Virus record (IMG/VR): IMGVR_UViG_3300024258_000098
Span: 1-28,067 of that record
Direction: 5' to 3' (one strand)
Source: a virus
Taxonomy: Duplodnaviria; Caudoviricetes
Length of the DNA: 28,067 nt
This document shows, piece by piece, positions 6,352 to 16,799 of the stretch (the stretch's first letter is position 1; each line of letters starts with the position of its first letter). Both the position numbers and the translations under genes were made by a program. Below the pieces are notes generated by a model. It was not told the DNA's origin, did no database searches, and saw only the letters and a program-made list of their open reading frames with translations.

Positions 6352-9102
6352 ATGGCACTAATACATAGCACACTACCTTCATTTTATGGAGGAGTATCAG
6401 AACAAACTGATGAAATAAAATTAGATAATCAATGTAATATAATGATAAATTGTGTTCCAAGTATTGCACAAGGACTACAAAGAAGAAACCCTGCAAGAAT
6501 AATTGCAGAAATAGAATTATTAGAAAATAAAGGACAACCTTATATTTATACATATGATAGAGGTGATAGAGATGAAAGATATATTATGTTATTTTGGTCT
6601 GGAATATGGAAAGTATTCGATGATAATGGTAATTTAATTGATGAAGGAACAGATGATTATTTAAAATGTTCTAAACCTTCTGAAGATTTAGAATGTATTA
6701 CAGTTAAAGATACTACATTTATAGTTAATAAAACAATTACTACTGACTTATTAGATGAACCTGAAACTAATATAATAAAAACAAAATGGTATAAATATCA
6801 AGTATTTGTTAATAAAGTTTATTGGAGTTGTGGTTCTTATCAAGAAACTAATATGTTGGGAAGATTACAATTAACAATAAATATAGATGGAACAGATTAT
6901 ATAGAAACAACTGATGATATTACAGTAATACCTGCAGATTGTCAAACTGATTTAACTTCTTATGCACAAACTTTATTCACTAACATTAAAGCACAAACTT
7001 TATTAAATGAAGATGGTTTAATAGATAGTATAGTTCCACATAATATAACAGTTGAATATTCTTGGATAGGAAGAGATACAGTACACGAAGAGTCAACAGG
7101 TGAATTAGGTGAAACTGATTATGGTTTAATAACTTATCCTATAAGATATGAATATACTGATGATACAAATTGGGACCGTGATTTTTTCTATTGGGTTAAA
7201 AGAACTGATAGTGATTATCCATTCACTTACACTATAAAAGTTGATAGTGAAGTATATATAGGAACAGCAACTGCAAATAATAATTCTGGTGATTTAACTG
7301 ATAGTACAAAAAGTTTTCCTACAAATGCATTAATAGGTTTCACTCTACATAATATAACAAAAAATTGGTATGGTGAAATTACAAGCAATACTGCAACTAC
7401 TTTATTCACATCTGAAAACTCACAAGGAGTGTCAATTAATGATGAATATGAAATAATATTAAGAACAACAGGTTCTGACTCTGAAGTAATAACAAATACA
7501 TTAAAAAATAAGATAAATAATTTAGGAGACCCTAATTATACTGCAAGTACAAAAGGTTCTATATTAAAAGTATGTATAGGAAATGGAAGTGCAAAAATGT
7601 CAGGTTATGATAGTTGGGGAGAACAAGCGAGTGAAAGTTGGCAAGGTTCTATAAGTTCTATAAATAAATTACCAAATGATTTAAAATATATAGATACAGT
7701 TATACAAATAACAGGAAATGCAAATAATGATTATGATGATTATTATGTAAAGTTCACAGAAAAAGGAAATTATCAAGAATGTAATAGACCTGGAACAAGT
7801 TTCTTACCAAATCCAGATACTTTGCCACATAAATTAGTAAGAGGTTTAAAAGTTGATGGTATTACACCAGAATTCTACTTTTATGGTAATGATGGTTTAG
7901 TAAGAACAGATACTTTTGGTAATGTATTAAATAGTGAAACTGATGTATGGAGTACAAGAAAAGTAGGTGATACAAATACAGCAAGAGATGCATCATTTAT
8001 AGGTGAAACAATAACAAGTATGTTTATGTATAGAAATAGATTAGGTTTTTTATCTAATGATAATATTATATTAAGTGAAACAAATGAATATTATAACTTT
8101 TATCCTACAACAATGACTGATACAGTAGATACAGATGTGATAGATGTAAGTGTTGATACAAACCAATCATTAAAATTAAGATATGCTGTAAATTATCAAA
8201 AAGATTTATTATTATTTGGTGATGAAGAACAATTTATTTTGTCAAGTCAAGGACCATTAAGTACAAAAACAGCAAGTGTATCTACTTCAACTACATATAG
8301 TTTTAATCACAAAGCAAAACCAGAGTCAATAGGTCCTAATGTTTATTTTTCAGTGAATAAGGATAAGTATTCAAAAATAAGAGAATATTATATAGTTCCA
8401 GATACAGTATCAAATAATGCTACAAATATATCTGAACATATTCCTACTTATATTCCAAAAAATATTAAAAAAATAAAAGGAAATACAAAGAATGATGTAT
8501 TATTCTTTTTAAGTGAAGAAATTACAAATGAATTATATGTATATAATTTTAATTGGAATGGTGAAGATAAAACACAAGGTGCTTGGCATAAGTGGGTTTT
8601 TAAAGAAGATATATGTAATATAGAAATATTAAATAATCAATTGATAATGTTATTCAATGATGGTTTAAATTATACAATAAAAAAAATACAAATTGATATA
8701 GAAAAATTAGAAGAAAATATATCTTATGCAGACCACGTTGGAACAATTGAAGGTGAAGGTGAAGTATATAGTCTTTATGATAGTTATTTTCAGTTTTCAA
8801 CTTGGGGATTTCCTACTGGTCAAATAAAGATTGATGATTTTAGAAGAAACTTAAAGTTAAAAAATATAGAAATTAGTAGTAATATAGGTTCATATTATAA
8901 TATGGATGTTTATTATAAAGGTAGAAATTTAGCAATAAACACTAAACAAGTTTTAAATGATACAAAACAAACAAATAAAATTAGATTAGGCGGATATGTT
9001 AAAGATTTAACATTAGAAATACACTCTATTCAAGATAAAGGTTTTACCCTTAATTCTGCAATTATGGAAGGTATATATTCTGCAAAAAGTAAAGGTATAT
9101 AA
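6352..9102 (+). CDS. Tail tubular protein B / nozzle (T7 gp12-like) with insertions
   Basis: N-terminal GGVSEQ..GLQRRNP, TLPHKLVR, WSTRKVGD..SFIG, FMYRNRLGFLS, QGAWHKW motifs; 916 aa. Confidence 0.93.
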   Translation: MALIHSTLPSFYGGVSEQTDEIKLDNQCNIMINCVPSIAQGLQRRNPARIIAEIELLENKGQPYIYTYDRGDRDERYIMLFWSGIWKVFDDNGNLIDEGTDDYLKCSKPSEDLECITVKDTTFIVNKTITTDLLDEPETNIIKTKWYKYQVFVNKVYWSCGSYQETNMLGRLQLTINIDGTDYIETTDDITVIPADCQTDLTSYAQTLFTNIKAQTLLNEDGLIDSIVPHNITVEYSWIGRDTVHEESTGELGETDYGLITYPIRYEYTDDTNWDRDFFYWVKRTDSDYPFTYTIKVDSEVYIGTATANNNSGDLTDSTKSFPTNALIGFTLHNITKNWYGEITSNTATTLFTSENSQGVSINDEYEIILRTTGSDSEVITNTLKNKINNLGDPNYTASTKGSILKVCIGNGSAKMSGYDSWGEQASESWQGSISSINKLPNDLKYIDTVIQITGNANNDYDDYYVKFTEKGNYQECNRPGTSFLPNPDTLPHKLVRGLKVDGITPEFYFYGNDGLVRTDTFGNVLNSETDVWSTRKVGDTNTARDASFIGETITSMFMYRNRLGFLSNDNIILSETNEYYNFYPTTMTDTVDTDVIDVSVDTNQSLKLRYAVNYQKDLLLFGDEEQFILSSQGPLSTKTASVSTSTTYSFNHKAKPESIGPNVYFSVNKDKYSKIREYYIVPDTVSNNATNISEHIPTYIPKNIKKIKGNTKNDVLFFLSEEITNELYVYNFNWNGEDKTQGAWHKWVFKEDICNIEILNNQLIMLFNDGLNYTIKKIQIDIEKLEENISYADHVGTIEGEGEVYSLYDSYFQFSTWGFPTGQIKIDDFRRNLKLKNIEISSNIGSYYNMDVYYKGRNLAINTKQVLNDTKQTNKIRLGGYVKDLTLEIHSIQDKGFTLNSAIMEGIYSAKSKGI

Positions 9103-9104
9103 TT

Positions 9105-10022
9105 ATGGAAAGATTTAGAGGATTTCAAGGATTACAAGGTATCAAGGGAGACCAAGGTATTAAGGGAGACCAAGGAATACAAGGAATAGAAGGACCGCAA
9201 GGTCCTATTGGATTACAAGGAGCACAAGGTGTTGCAGGTGTATGTGGTTGTGAAGGTGGTTCAGAAACAGGAATAAGTATAGATTGTTCTTTTAAAGCAC
9301 CACAATTAGAAGTATCAATAGATAATGCCAATGTATATATAGGTGAAGATAATATATTATCTTTCACTTTTGATAATGAAGAAACAACATTAACTTATGA
9401 TTATAGATTATATATAGGTGAGTCTTTAGAACCATTTATGACAACTACTAATGTATTAGATTTTAAAGGTATTCAAGTAGGAATAGATACAGATATAGTA
9501 TATTTCACAAGAAGTTTAGTAGGTTTTGAAGGTGAAAGTGATAAAACAGGAGTTCAATTAAATAAAATTGAAAGAACAATGACAGTTGGAATTGATACAT
9601 TAAGTTTTGATTTTTCAAATGGTAGTTATATGGCTATATATGATATGGTATTTATTACAAGTAATGGTGATTACAAAAGAGCTGATGAGTTCAATACAAA
9701 TATAATGTATATAGGTGATTATGATGTAACATATCATCCAAGTAAGATGTTTAGCAATTCACCACATGCTTTTGATATGTGGTGGGATTTGGTTAAGCCA
9801 AGAAAAGGTTTCACTATTCAAGCAACAGAAGCATATGAAATTATTGGTGTAGCATTCTTACCTAATCCAAGTTATGGTGATAAACAAGATGTAATAATTA
9901 AAAATGGTTTAGAAGAGATATTGTTTGAAGGAACAATGATAAGAAACGCTATGACACAAGAAATTAAAGAATTAACTAAATTGATGTCAAGTGTTGATGA
10001 ATATATAGAAATTAGATGGTAG
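9105..10022 (+). CDS. Short collagen-like fibre protein with globular C-terminal domains
   Basis: About 16 Gly-X-Y triplets from residue 6 ending GVCGCEGGS, then beta-rich sequence. Confidence 0.7.
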   Translation: MERFRGFQGLQGIKGDQGIKGDQGIQGIEGPQGPIGLQGAQGVAGVCGCEGGSETGISIDCSFKAPQLEVSIDNANVYIGEDNILSFTFDNEETTLTYDYRLYIGESLEPFMTTTNVLDFKGIQVGIDTDIVYFTRSLVGFEGESDKTGVQLNKIERTMTVGIDTLSFDFSNGSYMAIYDMVFITSNGDYKRADEFNTNIMYIGDYDVTYHPSKMFSNSPHAFDMWWDLVKPRKGFTIQATEAYEIIGVAFLPNPSYGDKQDVIIKNGLEEILFEGTMIRNAMTQEIKELTKLMSSVDEYIEIRW

Positions 10023-10034
10023 GAGGAGAGAATA

Positions 10035-10250
10035 ATGACAATAAAAGATATAAAAATAAAATGTAAAGAAATAATAATAAAAAAATATCCAGAATATAAA
10101 CAAAGAAATGCAGCATTAGGACTTCTATCAAATGAAGAAACTGGAATGATGAAGCTCTTTATTAAAACTAATACAATATTTTCTAATTCTTTAGAAAAAA
10201 AATTAGAGAACAATGAAGATATAACTGATTTGTTTAATAACTGGAATTAA
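10035..10250 (+). CDS. Small putative fibre assembly/chaperone protein
   Basis: AGGAGG RBS; IxxKYPxYKQxN pattern recalled from small genes that follow tail fibres. Confidence 0.5.
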   Translation: MTIKDIKIKCKEIIIKKYPEYKQRNAALGLLSNEETGMMKLFIKTNTIFSNSLEKKLENNEDITDLFNNWN

Positions 10251-10261
10251 AGGTAATTAAA

Positions 10262-12124
<1,863 letters not shown>

Positions 12125-12136
12125 AAGGATAATAAA

Positions 12137-12430
12137 ATGAAAAATTATAAAGATAAATATAATCAATGGGTTATAAATGGTACAATTGTGCCAGGTTTTG
12201 AAAAAGAAGAAGAAGCAATAAATGCATTAGAAGAAAGAAGTAAATGGGTTCCAAATGAAGAAGAAATTAAAGAAATAAAACAAGAACAATTAAATCTTAA
12301 ATCAAAAAGTGAATTAAAAGAAGAAGATTGGATAGTTATTAGGGAATTAGAAAGATTATATTTAAAAGATACAACAATAAACATTAAAAGAGAAAACTTA
12401 AGAAATCAAATAATAGAAAAAGGTAAATAA
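12137..12430 (+). CDS. Putative tail fibre assembly/chaperone protein
   Basis: C-terminal DWIVIRELER...KRENLRNQI pattern typical of fibre-associated small proteins; follows a fibre gene; AAGGA RBS. Confidence 0.55.
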   Translation: MKNYKDKYNQWVINGTIVPGFEKEEEAINALEERSKWVPNEEEIKEIKQEQLNLKSKSELKEEDWIVIRELERLYLKDTTINIKRENLRNQIIEKGK

Positions 12431-12431
12431 A

Positions 12432-14846
12432 ATGATAAGTGAAAAAATATTTAACACAAACGGAATAATAAAAATATATACAAGTGATTTTAAAATCTTT
12501 TCAGATAGCCACTGTAAAGTTTTTTTAGATGATGTAGAAGTATCTGCAACAAAGTATGATATTATAAATAATAGTGTGGTTTTCCATACTATTCCTGTAA
12601 GCGAACAACAATTAAAATTATTGGTAGGTACAACACCTGATGATTTATTATTTTTAGGTTCTTTAAATAGTTCTGGAATTAAAACAGTTGGGAACATTGA
12701 TGTTTTAAGAACTTCAACAATAACACACGAAAATATTAAATTATTAGGATATTATAATTCTACTGATGGTGGTGGTGGAGATTTCCAATGGAATGAAACT
12801 TCTACTGAAACAGATAATGGTGGTTCTATAATTAAAGTAAATGATATAGAAACTGGAAGATGGATAAAGTATAATGAAATTTTAACTAATGTTAAAAGTT
12901 TTGGTGCAAAAGGTGATGGTATAAATAATGATACTGCCAATATTGTTTTAGCAATAAATGAAGGTGCAAAAATTTTAATTCCAAGTGGTAATTTTATTTG
13001 TAATCCAACAATAGAACAAACAGAAACTTTATTGAGTTGTTTAGATAATATTGAATGTATAGGAACATTAGATATTACTTTACCAGCAGGAACAATAACT
13101 TTAACAAATGAAGTAGTAGTTAATTCTTCAACTGCAAATAATATAACAATAAATGGTCAAGATATAACACAAACAAGTTTAGCATCTATTAGTGGTATTA
13201 CAGGTAGTGTAAAAGATTATAATATTACATATATAGTAAATGATGGTTCTAATATAGAAGTAGGAGATTATATATTAAATAGAGTAGATGTTGAAGGAAC
13301 TAATGGTCATACATTAAATGCTGGTATATGGGAAGTAATTACAGTTGCTACAAATCATATTACAGTAAAAAATAGAAGTCAAAGTCAGCAAATAGAAAGT
13401 TCAACAATTACAGGTGGAACTGTTGGAATAATTAAAACAGTAATAAAATTTAATGGTTGTGATGGTTTTAGATTTGAAGGTGGGCAACCATTAGGAGAAT
13501 TAAATCATATAGCAATAGTTGGTGATTATAATACAAGTAATGATACTGGAACAGAAGGAACACACGGTGTAATAACTTCAAGTCCAATAGTTCATAGTGG
13601 TGAAAGTAGTAATGCTGTTTTTAATCCATTAGGAGCAGTAAAATTAGGTGAAACATTTGGAGTATCAAGTTTTGGTGAGCAAGGTATTGCATGTAGTGGT
13701 AGAACTTCTTTAGTTGGTAATTATGTTGCTTCTTGTTCTAATAGAAAAAGAGGTGTATATTCAGAAGGTGCAAATATGAGAATGAAGTTCTCTACTACTA
13801 ATGGTAATGGAGAAGATGGTTTTATATCAGATGTATCTGGTGCTATTACTTGTGCTTATGCTATTTCTTCTGGAAATGGTCTGAATGGTTTTTGGAGTAC
13901 AAATAATTCATTTTTAGGTGCTGCTTGTGGTAAATCACATTATAATAAAACAAATGGTGCTGAATGTAGAGGTTTAGGTAGATTACAAGTTGATGGTTGT
14001 TCTATTATAGGTAATGAAGTTTATGGTGTATCTGCTACTGATGGTGGTATGATTGATGCTGATAATTGTTCTTCTACATATAATATAAACACAGGATTTT
14101 ATGCTTCTTCTGGTGGTATAATTGATGCTGATAATTCTACTTCAACAGATAATGGTGGTTATGGTTATGTATCAGAATATAGTTCTATTGTAAGAACTTC
14201 TGGAAATACTAATTCAAATAATACTGATGGAGATTATTTTGTAAGAAGTAATTCAACTTTATTCAAAAGTGATGGTTCATTAGCAATAAATAGTATGGAA
14301 TATTCAATAAGTCCAAGATGGTATCATATAAATGATAATTATTGGTCTCCAATGTTATCAAGCACTGGTGATTTATATTTTGGTGGAACATTTGGAAACA
14401 AAATTGTTCTAAAAAATGATGGTGTATTTATGCCAGCAAATGACAATGATAAATCATTAGGTAGAGCATCAAACAGATGGAGTGAAGTATTCGCAGTAAA
14501 TGGAACTATAAACACTTCTGATGAAAGAGAAAAACAACAAATAAGAACATTGAATGATAAAGAGAAAGCAGTTGCAATTAAATTAAAAAATGCAGTAAAA
14601 GTTTTTAAATGGAATGATGCAGTAGAAACAAAAGGTTCTAATGCAAGAATACATACAGGTTTTATTGCACAAGAAGTTAGAGATATATTTATTTCAGAAG
14701 ACTTAAATCCAGAAGAATATGGATTATTCACTTATGATGAATGGGAAGAAGAAGTAAATGACAATGGTGATATCATTACACAAAGTGGTAATAGATATGG
14801 AATTAGATATAATGAATTATTAACATTTATTATAACAACAATATAA
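12432..14846 (+). CDS. Tailspike/tail fibre: gp17-like N-terminal anchor, pectate-lyase-like beta-helix, C-terminal intramolecular chaperone (peptidase S74-like)
   Basis: GYYNSTDGGGGDFQW..DNGG..GRW module, NVKSFGAKGDGINNDT, repeated NGxxG rungs, LGRASNRWSEVFAVNGTINTSDEREK cleavage motif, HTGFIAQEV, YGIRYNEL. Confidence 0.9.
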   Translation: MISEKIFNTNGIIKIYTSDFKIFSDSHCKVFLDDVEVSATKYDIINNSVVFHTIPVSEQQLKLLVGTTPDDLLFLGSLNSSGIKTVGNIDVLRTSTITHENIKLLGYYNSTDGGGGDFQWNETSTETDNGGSIIKVNDIETGRWIKYNEILTNVKSFGAKGDGINNDTANIVLAINEGAKILIPSGNFICNPTIEQTETLLSCLDNIECIGTLDITLPAGTITLTNEVVVNSSTANNITINGQDITQTSLASISGITGSVKDYNITYIVNDGSNIEVGDYILNRVDVEGTNGHTLNAGIWEVITVATNHITVKNRSQSQQIESSTITGGTVGIIKTVIKFNGCDGFRFEGGQPLGELNHIAIVGDYNTSNDTGTEGTHGVITSSPIVHSGESSNAVFNPLGAVKLGETFGVSSFGEQGIACSGRTSLVGNYVASCSNRKRGVYSEGANMRMKFSTTNGNGEDGFISDVSGAITCAYAISSGNGLNGFWSTNNSFLGAACGKSHYNKTNGAECRGLGRLQVDGCSIIGNEVYGVSATDGGMIDADNCSSTYNINTGFYASSGGIIDADNSTSTDNGGYGYVSEYSSIVRTSGNTNSNNTDGDYFVRSNSTLFKSDGSLAINSMEYSISPRWYHINDNYWSPMLSSTGDLYFGGTFGNKIVLKNDGVFMPANDNDKSLGRASNRWSEVFAVNGTINTSDEREKQQIRTLNDKEKAVAIKLKNAVKVFKWNDAVETKGSNARIHTGFIAQEVRDIFISEDLNPEEYGLFTYDEWEEEVNDNGDIITQSGNRYGIRYNELLTFIITTI

Positions 14847-14858
14847 AAGGTATAAATT

Positions 14859-15095
14859 ATGGAAAACATATTAAACACAACAATAGAAAACTTTGATACA
14901 GTAATAGTAGTATTAACAGCAATTATAACAGTTTTAGGAGTAATAGTAAAATTAACTCCTTCAAAAGAAGATGATAAATATTTAGATATTATCAATAGAG
15001 GTTTTGCTTTAATTAAAAGAAATGTTAAAGTAGAAGACTTAAATAAATTAAAAAAAGAAATAGAAAACTTTAAAAAAAAACCAAAAATAAAATAA
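14859..15095 (+). CDS. Putative holin
   Basis: One TM helix (VIVVLTAIITVLGVIV) followed by LTPSKEDD and a basic C-terminus; adjacent to spanin-like genes. Confidence 0.6.
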   Translation: MENILNTTIENFDTVIVVLTAIITVLGVIVKLTPSKEDDKYLDIINRGFALIKRNVKVEDLNKLKKEIENFKKKPKIK

Positions 15096-15106
15096 GGTAA
15101 GTAGTT

Positions 15107-15322
15107 ATGATAGGTGCATTAACTGGTATTGGTAAAATATTTTCAGTAATTGGAAATCTATTTGACCATTTCAAGTCAAAGAGAATGGGCGAACTGGAAG
15201 TGGAAAATCAAATATTAAAAAATAAAATAAAACAATTAGAGGAACAAAATGAAAAACTTAAACAAATCAACAATATTAGTATTGATGGGGTTAATGTTTT
15301 TGATGCAGGGGTGTGGAAATAA
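15107..15322 (+). CDS. Putative inner-membrane spanin (Rz-like)
   Basis: Hydrophobic/amphipathic N-terminus, then coiled coil; 3' end overlapped by a lipoprotein gene. Confidence 0.5.
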   Translation: MIGALTGIGKIFSVIGNLFDHFKSKRMGELEVENQILKNKIKQLEEQNEKLKQINNISIDGVNVFDAGVWK

Positions 15323-15503
15323 TCAGGAGAAATTAACTATCAAATGTTATTACCCCGGGTTTCCTAATCCTAATAAAAATGTATTAAACACATTAAAAAA
15401 AACAGGGAATTATAATGTAGAATTATGGTTGAAAAAACTAATAATCTACAAAGGACAAATAAAAATATTAAAAGGTGAAACAAATGAACTTAACAGAAGA
15501 TAA
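15249..15503 (+). CDS. Putative outer-membrane spanin lipoprotein (Rz1-like)
   Basis: Signal peptide MKNLNKSTILVLMGLMFLMQG-C with lipobox-like end, Pro-rich CYYPGFPNP; AGAGGA RBS; overlaps the upstream gene by 74 nt. Confidence 0.65.
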   Translation: MKNLNKSTILVLMGLMFLMQGCGNNQEKLTIKCYYPGFPNPNKNVLNTLKKTGNYNVELWLKKLIIYKGQIKILKGETNELNRR

Positions 15504-15780
15504 GTTCCAAAGTTTTGTAGAATTATCACATGAAAATCAATTAGCAATAAAATCTTTGACAAAAATAGCAGAAAAAACAAGTCAGGATATAGATAGAATG
15601 GTAGAAAAACAAAATGAAATATTAGTTAATCAAGAACAAATGAAACTAATAAATCAACAATTAGCTACACATGAAAAGAAGATTGAAAAGATAGAAGGTT
15701 CTATTACTTGGACAGTAAGAAGTATCATAGGTGCAATCATTGTTGCTTTATTAGCAGTAATTGGTGTAAACGTAAAATAA
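15475..15780 (+). CDS. XhlA/hemolysin-like membrane protein
   Basis: Long coiled coil followed by TWTVRSIIGAIIVALLAVIG C-terminal TM helix. Confidence 0.6.
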   Translation: MKQMNLTEDKFQSFVELSHENQLAIKSLTKIAEKTSQDIDRMVEKQNEILVNQEQMKLINQQLATHEKKIEKIEGSITWTVRSIIGAIIVALLAVIGVNVK

Positions 15781-15799
15781 AAAAAAAATAGGGGAAAAA

Positions 15800-16279
15800 A
15801 TGGAACAATTAGATGTTATAGGTTATATACATAAATATTACAATGAGGTTATAGAACTTCAATTGAAAGAAGAAGATAAACTCGAAGTTGAAACATTATC
15901 AGGAGATACAATGGAAAATGTATTGAAATCAACAGTCGAAGATTATGGAGAGGATTTTATATTCTTAATTATGTATGGAAATAAAGTATCAGGTATATTT
16001 GGAGTAGTTCCAGATAAAGAAAATGATAAAATAGGTGTAGGTATATTCTTAACAGATGATAAAATCAAATATTATGCAAAAAACTTAATTAGAAACAGTA
16101 AGATAGCAGTGGAATACTTTTTAGAAAGATATGATGTTATATATAATTACTGTCCAAAGTCTTATAAAAAAAGTCTTAAATGGTTAGAAAAAAGTTGTAA
16201 TGCAACAATAGAAAAACAAGAATATAATATAAATGGTGAAATCTTTAAAAGGTTTCATATAATAAAAAAGGAAAGGTAA
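15800..16279 (+). CDS. Internal virion protein A / GNAT-like (T7 gp13-like)
   Basis: LKEEDKLEV, GIFGV, IYNY..SLKWL pattern; immediately before the gp14-like gene. Confidence 0.75.
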   Translation: MEQLDVIGYIHKYYNEVIELQLKEEDKLEVETLSGDTMENVLKSTVEDYGEDFIFLIMYGNKVSGIFGVVPDKENDKIGVGIFLTDDKIKYYAKNLIRNSKIAVEYFLERYDVIYNYCPKSYKKSLKWLEKSCNATIEKQEYNINGEIFKRFHIIKKER

Positions 16280-16285
16280 AATATT

Positions 16286-16774
16286 ATGGGAATGGCAATG
16301 GGAATTATGCAAGCAGCAGGTTCAATGATGCAAATATCAGCACAGAACAAGGCGGCAAGCCAACAACAAGCAGCAGCAATAAAAAGACAAGAAGCACAAT
16401 ATAAACAATCAGAATATGAACAAAAAGATATAAGAGAACAATACAGTGAGCAATTATCTAATTTAGAAAGACAATCATTACAACAAGTATCAACTATTGA
16501 GTCATATCAAGCAGATACAGGTTTAACTGGTCAATCACAATTAAGAGAACAAGCAAATGTATTTATGCAAGAAGCATTTGAACAAGGTAGTTTAGTATCA
16601 AAAGAAAAATCAGAATTAGCACAAAAAGGTATGAAAAATATACAAACTGGGTTGCAAACACAAAGTACAATAAATCAATTAGAAAGTCAAAAGACAAGTG
16701 GTTTATCAGCAATGCTGCAAATAGCAGGAAGTGGTTTGTCAGGTTATTCAACTGGACAAAATATAAAGTTTTAA
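16286..16774 (+). CDS. Internal virion/ejection protein B (T7 gp14-like)
   Basis: Ala/Gln-rich helical, hydrophobic Gly/Ala termini, GLTGQS motif; synteny. Confidence 0.8.
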   Translation: MGMAMGIMQAAGSMMQISAQNKAASQQQAAAIKRQEAQYKQSEYEQKDIREQYSEQLSNLERQSLQQVSTIESYQADTGLTGQSQLREQANVFMQEAFEQGSLVSKEKSELAQKGMKNIQTGLQTQSTINQLESQKTSGLSAMLQIAGSGLSGYSTGQNIKF

Positions 16775-16799
16775 AAAATAAAAAAAAAGGGAAATTATT

